This document shows positions 1 through 10,227 of a DNA stretch of 49,190 bases, piece by piece (the first letter of the stretch is position 1; the number at the start of each line of letters is the position of its first letter). The stretch lies in NCBI GenBank assembly GCA_032718475.1, contig JAUCBJ010001146.1:1-49190 (forward strand), given 5' to 3'. A model generated the notes under the pieces. The model saw only the letters and a program-made list of their open reading frames with translations, was not told the DNA's origin and ran no database searches. This DNA comes from Nemertoderma westbladi. Lineage: Eukaryota > Animalia > Xenacoelomorpha. A program made the position numbers and the translations under genes.

Positions 1-469
1 AACGAAGACCATCACTTAACATACAAGACACTTCATTCCCGCTATATCTATTTTAATTATGATAACTATTACATACAGTACAATTCTAATGTATCTACTG
101 TAATGAACACACTACCTAGTTAGTTTACTGCCTTTAGTCTTTGATTGCTACCGATACTGTAATTTTTTCTATAATTTCTCTGTAATCCTGCATTTACTTC
201 ATTATACTTAGTAAAAATATTATAATTTACATTTATCGTAATTATCCACCCTATCACATTTTGAATTTTGTTTACTCTTATCTTTTACATTAATTTTAGG
301 TTTTTTCATATAATTATAGTTATTTTGTACCTACAGTATTATGGCTGATGATGTATAACGTAATATACGAAACGTTCCGGATTTAAACAATAATTATGTT
401 CTTTCAAATCGCACTACTTATCTTATTTTGTCTCAAATTAAGATATCCTCCTGGGATCACCATAACTTC
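1..469 (+). repeat. PLE 5' pseudo-LTR (direct repeat copy 1)
   Basis: Near-identical to 2861-3330 (aacgaagaccatcacttaac ... ctgggatcaccataacttc). Confidence 0.93.
340..381 (+). ncRNA. Minimal type I hammerhead ribozyme in the PLE pLTR
   Basis: CTGATGA (345-351), stem II gtata/tatac, GAAA (369-372), palindromic ACGT stem III, GUU triplet, short stem I (tgg/ccg). Such minimal hammerheads are an established feature of PLE pLTRs. Confidence 0.8.
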
Positions 470-2225
470 GATTTTAGATAAGCGATATCCCAGTCTTAAA
501 CAGGCTTACCGTGCCTACGAGAAAACTCAATGGAAGTATGAGAAATCGAAACTCGATGTCGACTTCCTTCAACGATGCATCGACTCGAACTTGATTCCTC
601 ATTTTCTAAGGTTTAAAACTAATGATAATCAACGTTTTGGGTCTCCCGAGTATCGAGCCTGCCAACAACGTCTGCTCGTAGCGGAATTAGCGAGTAAACG
701 GAAAGCGATGGGCCGACACGAACGACGCCTAGAACAGGAACGCCGATATATACTTGCAGAGTTATCTGGAATGGATTCTGCATTTATACGTCGAGAGAAC
801 GAAAAATTCCTCAAGAAACGTATTAAGCAACAAACTATCATACACTCTAAGAAACTTGCTAATCTACAACGGGAGGAATCCCTAACTCGGATAAATCCTG
901 ACTCTGTTATCTTCAACTACTCCTCTCGACTACTCTCCGACTCGGAAAAATCTCTACTGGCTAAAGGGTTACGCTATTCTATCGTCCCCGAAAAACTCGA
1001 CTACGCAGACTTCCTGGTTCCCTTTGAGAAGCTGTATCGTTCGCTTAAGAATCTACCCGTACGTAATAATTCTGGCTACTCCAAGGAGCTAGTTAGAAAC
1101 CGACTAAGGGATGTGGCACTCTCCTCATTCCATGGATATAATGCTAAGAAACTAAAACGTAATTTAACTAAACTCGAACGAACTGCGCTAAAACACATAT
1201 CAACTGATAAAACAATCGTTGTAATACGGCCAGACAAAGGGAGTGGAGTCGTTATACTGAATAAATCCGACTACATTGATAAATTACTTACTATACTATC
1301 AGACAAATCGAAGTTTAAGGCACTAGAATGTTCTCCTGATGACTGGTTCCTGGATGCACTGAGAGCCGAAGATCGCTACAAATCCCTTCTGAGGAAACTT
1401 AAACCAACCTGGAACATATCACAAGTGGATTATGACTCTCTCTTACCAACAGGTACCCACCCAGGAATTCTATATGGACTCCCTAAAGTCCATAAGGATG
1501 GAATCCCCACACGCCCAATACTGTCAGCCATTGGTACCCCGCAATATAATGTAGCAAAGTATCTTGTCCCAAAACTGTTACCCTACAGTATTAATGATTA
1601 TACTGTTAAGGATACTTTTTCTTTTGTACAAGAGATTAGTAATCTTGACGTCGGGCCAACTAGATATTTGGTTAGCTTCGACGTCAAGAGTCTTTTCACC
1701 AACATACCTGTAGAAGAAACTATTGTTATTTTACTGAACCAACTGTACAAAGACCAAACAACTGTAGACGGCCTCACTAGGAGACAGTACAAACAATTAC
1801 TGGACTTTGCAGCGAAAAATATAGAATTTATTTTTAATAATCACAAATACATACAAATAGACGGAGTATCTATGGGTAGTCCAATTGGCCCAACGTTTGC
1901 AAATGCATTTTTATGCTACTATGAGAAAATCTGGCTTGAAAATTGTCCCCCTAACACAAAACCTATATTCTACAGACGCTATGTAGATGATTGTTTTATT
2001 ATTTTTCGTGACCGCACTCACGCAACACAATTTCTACAGTACCTCAATGGTCAACATAGGAACATAGAATTCACTGCAGAATTTGAGAGCAATAATTCCT
2101 TATCCTTCCTTGACATTGAGATAACTAAGGAAATTAACCACAAGTTTAGTACGTCCGTCTACCGTAAGCCTACGTTCACTGGGTTATACACTAGCTACGA
2201 CAGTTTTATACCAGAAAAAATTTAA
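396..2225 (+). CDS. PLE polyprotein, reverse transcriptase part (frameshifted at ~2215-2220)
   Basis: Motifs PDKGSGVV, LYGLPKVHK, PTRPI, SFDVKSLFTNIP, QIDGVSMGSP, YRRYVDDCF, FLDI, VYRKPT. Confidence 0.93.
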   Translation: MFFQIALLILFCLKLRYPPGITITSILDKRYPSLKQAYRAYEKTQWKYEKSKLDVDFLQRCIDSNLIPHFLRFKTNDNQRFGSPEYRACQQRLLVAELASKRKAMGRHERRLEQERRYILAELSGMDSAFIRRENEKFLKKRIKQQTIIHSKKLANLQREESLTRINPDSVIFNYSSRLLSDSEKSLLAKGLRYSIVPEKLDYADFLVPFEKLYRSLKNLPVRNNSGYSKELVRNRLRDVALSSFHGYNAKKLKRNLTKLERTALKHISTDKTIVVIRPDKGSGVVILNKSDYIDKLLTILSDKSKFKALECSPDDWFLDALRAEDRYKSLLRKLKPTWNISQVDYDSLLPTGTHPGILYGLPKVHKDGIPTRPILSAIGTPQYNVAKYLVPKLLPYSINDYTVKDTFSFVQEISNLDVGPTRYLVSFDVKSLFTNIPVEETIVILLNQLYKDQTTVDGLTRRQYKQLLDFAAKNIEFIFNNHKYIQIDGVSMGSPIGPTFANAFLCYYEKIWLENCPPNTKPIFYRRYVDDCFIIFRDRTHATQFLQYLNGQHRNIEFTAEFESNNSLSFLDIEITKEINHKFSTSVYRKPTFTGLYTSYDSFIPEKI

Positions 2226-2232
2226 GGCCTCA

Positions 2233-2964
2233 TTGATAGCTACTCTAGTTTTCAGAATATTCACAATTTGCTCTAGTTGGCGGCAATTTCAAACTGAAAT
2301 TATGAATCTACATAATATACTCTCCCTTAATGGTTTCCCTAGCAACCTTTTCTGGTCCATAGCCCACCGTATAACTATCAAACTAACCAACCCCCCACTC
2401 CCTAGGGTCCCTACAGTAGGAAAGAAACCTGTATATTTAATCATACCGTATCTTGGAACGATGTCAACACAAATTCAACAGCGTCTTAAAATACTTTCTA
2501 GAACATTTCCACAAGTAGAACTCAAATTTATATTTAGACCCACATCTCGACTGGCTAATTATTATCCCTTCAAGGACAGATTTCCCAAAGCGATGAGATC
2601 TCTTACTTTATATCACTTTAAGTGCACCAGCTGTAATACTGACTACATCGGTAAATCTGAGCGCCACTTTAAAGTAAGACTCTCTGAGCACCTTGCGAAG
2701 TCTCCCCGAACAGGAAAGCCAACAGCCACTCCTAGACACTCCTCCATACATGAACATGCCCTTGAGTTCGACCACCGATTCGAATACCAAGACTTTAATA
2801 TTATAGGTACAGCCACTAACAACTACGATCTACTAATTAAAGAAAGTCTAATTATACAGAAACGAAGACCATCACTTAACAAACAAGACACCTTCATTCC
2901 CGCTACATCTATTTTAATTATGATAACTATTACATACAGTACAATTCTAATGTATCTACTGTAA
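2233..2964 (+). CDS. PLE polyprotein, thumb/linker + GIY-YIG endonuclease part (continuation after frameshift)
   Basis: LY-HFKCTSC-NTDYIGKSERHFKVRLSEH ... IHEH ... LLIKESLII..RPSLN. Joins the upstream ORF if one A is removed from the A6 run at 2215-2220. Confidence 0.9.
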   Translation: MIATLVFRIFTICSSWRQFQTEIMNLHNILSLNGFPSNLFWSIAHRITIKLTNPPLPRVPTVGKKPVYLIIPYLGTMSTQIQQRLKILSRTFPQVELKFIFRPTSRLANYYPFKDRFPKAMRSLTLYHFKCTSCNTDYIGKSERHFKVRLSEHLAKSPRTGKPTATPRHSSIHEHALEFDHRFEYQDFNIIGTATNNYDLLIKESLIIQKRRPSLNKQDTFIPATSILIMITITYSTILMYLL

Positions 2965-3330
2965 TGAACACACTACCTAGTTAGTTTACTGCCTTTAGTC
3001 TTTGATTGCTACCGGTACTGTAATTTTTTCTATAATTTCTCTGTAATCCTGCATTTACTTCATTATACTTAGTAAAAATATTCTAATTTACATTTATCGT
3101 AATTATCTACCCTATCACATTTTGAATTTTGTTTACTCTTATCTTTTACATTAATTTTAGGTTTTTTCATATAATTATAGTTATTTTGTACCTACAGTAT
3201 TATGGCTGATGATGTATAACGTAATATACGAAACGTTCCGGATTTAAACAATAATTATGTTCTTTCAAATCGCACTACTTATCTTATTTTGTCTCAAATT
3301 AAGATATCCTCCTGGGATCACCATAACTTC
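2861..3330 (+). repeat. PLE 3' pseudo-LTR (direct repeat copy 2)
   Basis: Direct repeat of 1-469. Confidence 0.93.
3201..3242 (+). ncRNA. Minimal hammerhead ribozyme, second copy
   Basis: CTGATGA (3206-3212) ... GAAA (3230-3233) CGTT, same sequence as the first copy. Confidence 0.8.
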
Positions 3331-3913
3331 AATAATCAACAAAGGAAGGTCGATGACTTCCAGTACCTTGGATCATGGATAGAGAGTAGCAAAAAGGACA
3401 TAGAAGTTAGGAAAGCAAAGGCTTGGGTAGCTCTATCAAAAGTGGATACCATCTGGAAATCAGATCTCTCCAGGCACCTGAAGACTAAGTTCTTTCGAGC
3501 CACAGTGGAAAGTGTATTTTTATACGGGGGTGAGACCTGGACACTGACTAAATCACTTGAACAACGAATTGATGGTTGCTACACAAGACTACTAACATCA
3601 GCTGGAGACAACACATGACAAACGCCGAGCTTTATGGTACAATACCACCTGTATCAACCACCCTCCATGAACGCAGATTAAGATTCAGTGGGCACTGCTG
3701 GCGAAGTAAAGACGAGGTTATACCCGATCTACTTCTCTGGCAACCAACTCATGGAAAGCGTAGTCGTGGTCGACCGGCCATTAACATATATAGATCAACT
3801 TGAAAGGGATACTGAACTTGGGAGAAACGAAATTGCGACAACTACGGAGAATCGGGAAGCCTGGATGGATCTCATTTCCACTGTCCGAGTTCGTTCGACC
3901 TAGTAGTAGTAGT
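3331..3913 (+). mobile_element. 3' fragment of a non-LTR retrotransposon (RTE-like LINE), frameshifted RT C-terminus with (TAG)n tail
   Basis: VDDFQYLGS..DIEVRKAKAW..FRATVESVFLYGGETWTLT, then LRFSGHCWR..LLLWQP..GKRSRGRP across frames. Ends in tagtagtagtagt at the stop codon. Confidence 0.85.
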
Positions 3914-6277
3914 TGTTCGCGCTTTTAAGACCTTTAACAGTTTAACCTGCCAAATTTGGATGTCTTTTAGATTATAAATCGACTTTAGCCTATGACAAGT
4001 ATTTGATACAAATAAACACTACATTAGCCGAAGCCAGCCTAGTGCGCGACCATTCACCCGCTGGATATACCCGGGAGACTGGATTCGGAAGCTTAATCTT
4101 ATTGCTGTGTAAACCTACTGTATTATTCGACTGATCGTAATATATAATCTCTGACAAATTGTAAAAGCTTTTGCGTAATTAGCCGGTTATTTTCCCCGTA
4201 AAGTACTCTGTGGTTGGTTTACCAGGCATAAAAAGGCCGTGTCCTTGCTGTACTGGTGTTTTAGAGGACATAAAAGCCATTTCTTCTGTATTTGTACTTT
4301 AGAGGACATAATCCGCAATTTCGTGACGCAATAAGCTAGATTCTCTTGAAAACAGTGTCGCTACCATGACGACGGCTAACAGCTGATATTGCCACGTCGA
4401 CATTTCTTTGTTTCTTTGTTCTCTCGTTGTTCGGTCGACCAATCAGAGCGTTTTTTGTCTCTGTGTTGGAGGTGGATACAGAAACTCAGGAATTCAGTGT
4501 TATGTTTTTGCCCAGAGCCTAAGAACACCGGCTTTTGGCACCTCCGTGTTTCAGTCTTTAGTCTTACATTAGTAGGCTTAATTATAGAACGTATATCTGT
4601 TATCAATGCAATTCATATCTCAACTAACTAAACATATCATACATATCTTACTTAACATTACTGCTTTTGCTGTCGGTTATTCATTATATTCGTTGATGAA
4701 ATATTATATCGGAATACTGATCAATAGTCAGACACCCAACCTTCTTGATATACTAAAGGTTGGAGAGACCGGTTACAGATAAACGATTGCGACCTATGTT
4801 AAGTGGTTTGAAGTGAATCTAATGCTATTTCATAGGCCCGACATAAATTGTATGTTGCTCTCTTTATACGTGACTAAATTTAGTGAAGGTCGGCAGATTA
4901 GTGTGCAGTATTGTGCAGCATTGTGTATGATTGTAACTGATAACAAAGCATCTCCTAAAGAATGCGCCATATACGTGAATCTATAGCCTTTTCGTTGTGT
5001 CTAGTTTAAGTCATAACTCTGTTTACATATTTAGAGCGCCACGTCCTAAAGGAACTGTTAATATTTCCCGAAAGTGAATAATATTTGTCAGAGATTATAT
5101 ATTACGATCAGTCGAATAATACAGTAGGCTTGCACCATCAATCATTAAGCTTCCGAATTCAGTCTCCCGGGTATATCCAGCGGGTGAATGATTGCGCATA
5201 GACTGGCTTCGGCTAATGTAGTGTATCAAATACTCGTCATAGGCTAAAGACTATATATCATCTAAAAGACATGCTAATTTGGCAGGTTAAACTGTCAAAG
5301 GTCTTAAAAGCGCAAATACAAATATTATTCACTTTCGGGAAATATTAACAGTTCCTTTAGGACGTGGCGCTCTATCTATATAAACAGAGCTATGACTTAA
5401 ACTAGACACAACGGTATGGCTATAGATTCACGTATATGGCACATTCTTTAGGAGATGCTTTGTTATCAGTCTCAATCATACACACTACTGCACAATACTG
5501 CACACCGATCTGCCGACCTTCATTAATTTTAGTCACATATAAAGAGAACAACGATGGATACATGTAGTGCCTATGAAATAGCATTAGATTAACTTCAAAA
5601 CCACTTTAATGTAAGTCGCAATCGTTATATGTAACCGGTCTCTCTTACCTTCAGTATATCAAAAGATTGAGGGTTTCGTAATTATTTATCGTTATTCCAA
5701 ATATAATAATATTCCATCAACTGATATAATGAATAACCGACAGTAAATAGCAGTACAATGTTACGGTATGAATGTTTATGTGAGTTTGATTGGTTTGGAA
5801 AGTAAGTAAGATGGTATGTACTGATAACAGATATACGTTCTATAATTAAGCCTACTAATGTTGGGCTAAAGCCTGAAAACACAGAGATTCCAAAGCCGGT
5901 CTTCTGGCTGTGGAAAAAGGTAAACATAAACCGTAATGCATTGTGCGATTTCTCGGAGGTTTCTGTACAAAAAGCCAGAGAATCGCTCTGATTGGTTGAG
6001 TGATTGCACAGAGTGGGCCTGAACAAAGAAACTTCCACGAGTACACCAAATCAGCTGATAGATGTCGTATTCTGAACTACACTGTGTAGAGAGTATTATG
6101 GCGTATTGCGACATAGGATTGCTAGTTGTGTCCGCCAAAGTACACATACAGAAAAATAGCTTTTTATGTCCACTAAAATACCGGTACAGTAAGGAAACGA
6201 CTTTTATGTCCTTCAAAACATCTAAAGAGTACTTCGCGGGGAAAAAATGACTAGCTAATCCCGTAAAAGCCTTTACA
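3914..6277 (-). repeat. 3' LTR of the outer BEL/Pao element, split by a nested solo LTR
   Basis: 3914-4159 plus 5324-6277 reconstitute a near-identical copy of 34192-35385. Confidence 0.9.
4160..5318 (+). mobile_element. Solo LTR of a diverged sister family, inserted in opposite orientation inside the outer 3' LTR
   Basis: Reverse-complement homolog of the outer LTR along its whole length (tgtaaaagctttt ... aaaagcgcaaata). 5-bp TSD CAAAT (4155-4159 / 5319-5323). Absent from the 34192-35385 copy. Confidence 0.85.
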
Positions 6278-6285
6278 CCGCTCCC
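6278..6285 (-). promoter_or_regulatory. Polypurine tract of the outer element
   Basis: Minus strand GGGAGCGG immediately precedes the TGTAAAGG start of the 3' LTR. Confidence 0.65.
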
Positions 6286-6355
6286 AGAAAATGGTATTTA
6301 ATTCTATAAAATATAAAAAATCACAGTTTCTAAAATCTAAGAATACTCTAAACAG

Positions 6356-7119
6356 TTAGTCTTTCTTGCGAGGACGGCGTTTATGCAGTTTTTTAAGGCT
6401 AGCAAGAGTCCTTTTCTCTTTGGGGCGAGCCACTTTACTAGGAGGGCTATAACTCCTGGGTGAAGGGTGCAATACAATTGCATCAGAGGGTTTAGGATTA
6501 CGATCGGTGTATCCGCCGGTCGAGGTACCTGGTTGATCGATACCAACTTCAGTGGAGCGAGGTCTAATGGCCTTTAGGGTGCGTCTTAGGACAGCAGCCC
6601 CTACGGGTCCTTGACGGGTCGTCTGGACAATATCGGTAGGTGGACCGTGAGTGGTGAGAAACTTCCTCGGTTTAATGGTTCTTTCCAGCTCGCGTTCTCG
6701 GGCTCGATATTCGTAGGGCCGTCGAGATACTTCCTGTAACTCAGGGTGCGAGTTGATAAATAAATCGCCATACTCAGGGTCTTGACGGATGAAATTGATC
6801 AAATGGTATGAAGTAATATCGTTAGGATTGACGTTTCTGAGATATTTTCGAACAAATTTGGTGGAAATACTCTCACAAACACGCTTCATTAGTTCGTAAC
6901 TCGGTGTGCGTGTTTTTTGTTCAACAGACGCGAATAGATAAGGATGGAACGCGTAAACTCCCTCGTAAGAGCGTCCAGGGTAATAGCGATGGCGGGACTC
7001 ACAGTGTTAATCCGCGTTCGCTTCCCAAGACCGGATGTAGCGCAGGGTAATCATCTCATCTACGCTTTCTAAATCGCGATTAAAGGGGCAATTATAACTG
7101 GCATGTCCTTTCAATTGAC
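6356..7119 (-). pseudogene. 3' part of the outer element's accessory gene (end of third CCHC knuckle + basic tail), cut off by the inner element
   Basis: Reading across the TTGAC TSD joins ...QCHHCQ (21260) to LKGHASYNC...RYIRSWEANAD, matching the inner element's CSKCNFRGHYGRQC...FRIFEEWAD. An in-frame TAA and a frameshift follow, leading to ORF 6889-6356. Confidence 0.75.
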
Positions 7120-7655
7120 TGTGACGGGATCCAGGAAGGATCCCGATTTATCCGGTTGTTTAATTCACTCGTCCCCGCCGTGCGTGTGAAAGGTGAAGGA
7201 GTTCGTGTCGTTCGTCGTATATAATGTAATCGGGTATATGGATATAAGATATATAAATGGTGTTGTCGTATACGGAAGGCGGGATACGGTAATTAAAGTC
7301 CCGGTCCTTCCCTAGCTAAACTAACTAACCTAACTAGCACCAATATAGTACTGAGATAACTGAACTGATATGATTACAGGTTACTGGTTATATTGCACGG
7401 TGGCCTTATTGCTACTCAATCGATGCCTTTCCCCCCTCTGATTGGTTGATACCCTTGTTGGCGCCTTTGGAGTGATCCCCTTCACTCCACCTGTTCTCTC
7501 TGGGTTAGGGGTTTGGCCCCTGACCCTCATTGTGTGGTTCACCTTCCCATTTTGTTGGGGTGACACGAGTTGGTTATTACCCCAATCTCGTGGCCCCCAA
7601 TATTGCTTATCGGCTTAACTTTTATGGGATGTTAGCGGGATTGAATAAGCTAACA
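7120..7655 (-). repeat. 3' LTR of the inner element
   Basis: Direct repeat of 20724-21259. Confidence 0.96.
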
Positions 7656-7664
7656 CTCCCCCCC
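7656..7664 (-). promoter_or_regulatory. Polypurine tract of the inner element
   Basis: Minus strand GGGGGGGAG abuts the TGTTAGC start of the LTR. Confidence 0.9.
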
Positions 7665-8610
7665 ATGCGATCTTCCCGGTAAGAAGATAGCATCAACCAA
7701 AAAAGTGCGCTACAATCCCGCTGGATCCCGATCTAGTATCGGGTGTGGGGTGGAAATCTTTTCTCACGGAGTCGGCTTTCCAGGCCGCTCCCTCTGGGTA
7801 TGATAACGCTACCCTGTATGCCTGGCGTCCCATGTCGGGCCGATCGCGCTCACCTCTCACACGATTTTTGTTTCCCCAACGCTTTCGCCCTTGACTCTAC
7901 TCCACCCTCACTCTAACTCTCACATACCCTCGGACCTCCTCGTCCCTCACTCAGCCTCTCATTCTCCCCCCCCACACTAGAATTGCGTCCGCACTCTCTG
8001 CGCACTTCGCACCATTACTCCGTCCCTCAACCCCACTTCGACTTCCTCACCCCTTCTGACGAATCTCCCCCCCCCCCCTTTTGTGCCGTCGCACTCAAGA
8101 AGTGTGAAATCGTCTGGTGTCTCGTCCATAGTGCTATAGTCAGTTATCCCCCCAGTCCCAGTAGCTAATTGAGAAAGGTTGTATGACTATAGTACTTACT
8201 TCGAACGTGTAATTTTATTGCTAAACTACTGATTACTACGTACGTACATATAATTGCACTTATTTTAATTATTTGCATCAGCTTAGTTCGTACTTAATAG
8301 TTCGTACGTCCCACGCGGCGCCTTCCAGGCGTACCACGTCCAAGTCTCAGTTTCTCTCCCCCGGCCCTGGGAACCTATCTGTTCCTCTTGGGATAGTTCC
8401 CCCTGGCGTCCTCTTCCCTGAGTCGTTTCTTGGTTACCACCGCTCCTCTGGGATCCGCTGTCTGCTTTCGGACTTTCGCCGCCACCTCCCTGCTGATTCC
8501 GGTTGTTGGTTCCTTGGGCGCTGGTGTTATTAGTGCCCGATATCGCTTTGCCGGTGGCCCCTCCGAGTGGCCTTGTTGTCTACCCCTGGTGGCGTCCCAT
8601 AGGATCATCT

Positions 8611-10227
8611 TCATTGCTCGCGGCACGTGCAATCCCTAAACTCCCCTCGATTCTGTGGCGTCCACCTGTCCAAATATCTTTGTGTATTCATCACTCCGGC
8701 ATACGATACCGCCGTTGCTACCTCTTGATAGGTAAACGGTAGCCTCCGCTTTATGATTTCCATGTGGGCCTCCTGATTGATAAGGAAGAAACCCCACTTG
8801 AACTCCTGGGCCTTCATGCGTTGCCGGGTCATCGCCCCGACGTCGGCCCATTCTTCGAAGATCCTGAACTTCTCTTCGTCGTCCATCCAATCGCACTGGC
8901 GTCCGTAATGTCCCCGAAAGTTACACTTCGAACATCGGTTGTGCAACCGTGGACACGCCCCCATCCTGTGGCTCGACTCTCGGCAGTAGAGACAAAAGGT
9001 TCCCTTTTGGAACCGGTACAAGCAGCTCCTTTCCTGGTGGGTCTGTCTCCCACAGCAGTCGCAACCGAGTACCAAAGTCTCCCGCCCCACGTCGTCTTTC
9101 GTCCCAAGCGATCTCCGCGGTCTGTGGAGCCGCTGATAGGCGAACTTCTGGACGTTAGCGTCCCTGTTTACGTCGATCTCCTTGCCCCTCCCGGGCATCG
9201 TCTCTCCGAATACTACCCGTGGTGCCGTCCCCGGTTGCTCACCCAACCTGATAGTGCTCCCCGCGAAATCCATCGCCGGCTCCTCGTGCACCCAGGTCCG
9301 CTTGCCGGGTTTATCCCAGAAGGCTCTCGCCCCACTGGCCGTCACCACCCTCCCGCCAACCCAGTCCGTGTCCGAGTGGCCTATCCTCTCGATGGGCGGC
9401 ATCTCCCCGAACTCGTCGTCGTCCTCGTCCTCCTCTCGCAGTGGTTCCAACCCCGGTATCCTGGTGGACCCACTATGTCCCTTCCCGCCTTGGCTCTCGC
9501 CCGTAGCTCTCCATCCTTCTAGCTCCCTTAACTTCCTTGGCGGTTGGTCGCCTTCGGCGCCCCCTGGTATGGGCATTGTTTGCAACCCCGACGTCGACTG
9601 TTTCGGCGATCCCACCGTCCATCCTAGTTCTCGCCCTAGAGATTCCCCCGAACTCCCTGACGAAGTCCAATGAAGTTCGTCCAAGGCCGCTTGTTCCTCG
9701 AAGCCGTAACTCTGTGTCCTGGCCTCCTCTTCCCTCTCCTCTGCTTCTATCCTCTCCCGTCTAGCGACTTCTTCCAGTCGCTTTGTTTCTCGTCTATCCG
9801 TCTCTAACTGCTCCCATCTCTGATACGGCGTATCTATCTCCCCGTCTACCAGATGTCGGCTGTTGTAGTACACCGACTCGCCCTTCAGCCCCGGGTGGTC
9901 TACCAGACCTTCGAAAGCCGTCTTAAAGGCTTTCTGTAGTTTAGGGGTGATCCCGATAATAGGAATGCCGCTGGTTCCCTCTCGATAACCACGGTCATGA
10001 ATAAGTTGAGCAAACTTATCATCATCCAGTCCTCCTGAAGGATATATCGCTTCTGATATACCTCTATGGCTCCTCTTCGGAACTGATACACCTCTTGTTT
10101 TCCCGGTCTCGCTCCCCACTTTAGCGAGTTCGCTAGTTCTGCTCCGTATTCTTCCCTGAACTTCCCCCAGTCCATCGGTTTGTGGCACACGAGCCCCAAT
10201 AGTTGGCCCATCGCCACCGCCCCGCAT
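8611..10227 (-). CDS. Accessory protein C-terminal part: acidic/low-complexity linker + three CCHC zinc knuckles (probably frameshifted from the exonuclease ORF near 9940-9960; may continue in ORF 8632-8375)
   Basis: CDCCGRQTHQERSC, CLYCRESSHRMGAC, CSKCNFRGHYGRQC. Confidence 0.75.
   Translation of the reverse strand: MRGGGDGPTIGARVPQTDGLGEVQGRIRSRTSELAKVGSETGKTRGVSVPKRSHRGISEAIYPSGGLDDDKFAQLIHDRGYREGTSGIPIIGITPKLQKAFKTAFEGLVDHPGLKGESVYYNSRHLVDGEIDTPYQRWEQLETDRRETKRLEEVARRERIEAEEREEEARTQSYGFEEQAALDELHWTSSGSSGESLGRELGWTVGSPKQSTSGLQTMPIPGGAEGDQPPRKLRELEGWRATGESQGGKGHSGSTRIPGLEPLREEDEDDDEFGEMPPIERIGHSDTDWVGGRVVTASGARAFWDKPGKRTWVHEEPAMDFAGSTIRLGEQPGTAPRVVFGETMPGRGKEIDVNRDANVQKFAYQRLHRPRRSLGTKDDVGRETLVLGCDCCGRQTHQERSCLYRFQKGTFCLYCRESSHRMGACPRLHNRCSKCNFRGHYGRQCDWMDDEEKFRIFEEWADVGAMTRQRMKAQEFKWGFFLINQEAHMEIIKRRLPFTYQEVATAVSYAGVMNTQRYLDRWTPQNRGEFRDCTCREQ

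Larger units (their letters stand above)
1..3330 (+). mobile_element. Penelope-like element (PLE, endonuclease-containing) in partial-tandem pseudo-LTR arrangement; may extend left of the window
   Basis: RT followed by a GIY-YIG endonuclease, flanked by ~470-bp direct repeats (1-469 and 2861-3330) that contain the ORF end, an AT-rich UTR, a hammerhead motif and the ORF start. Confidence 0.95.

Noticed and set aside
3289-3330. Apparent N-terminus of ORF 3289-3618
   Set aside because: Chance fusion of the PLE pLTR end to the LINE fragment; LINE homology starts after 3330.
3914-5318. MITE/foldback transposon with ~240-bp terminal inverted repeats
   Set aside because: Better explained as an inverted solo LTR (TSD CAAAT) inside an LTR; the uninterrupted form is at 34192-35385.
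4376-6250. Short ORFs inside the LTRs (also 7381-7566, 20985-21388, 34790-35414)
   Set aside because: No recognisable domains; they recur only because the LTRs are repeated.
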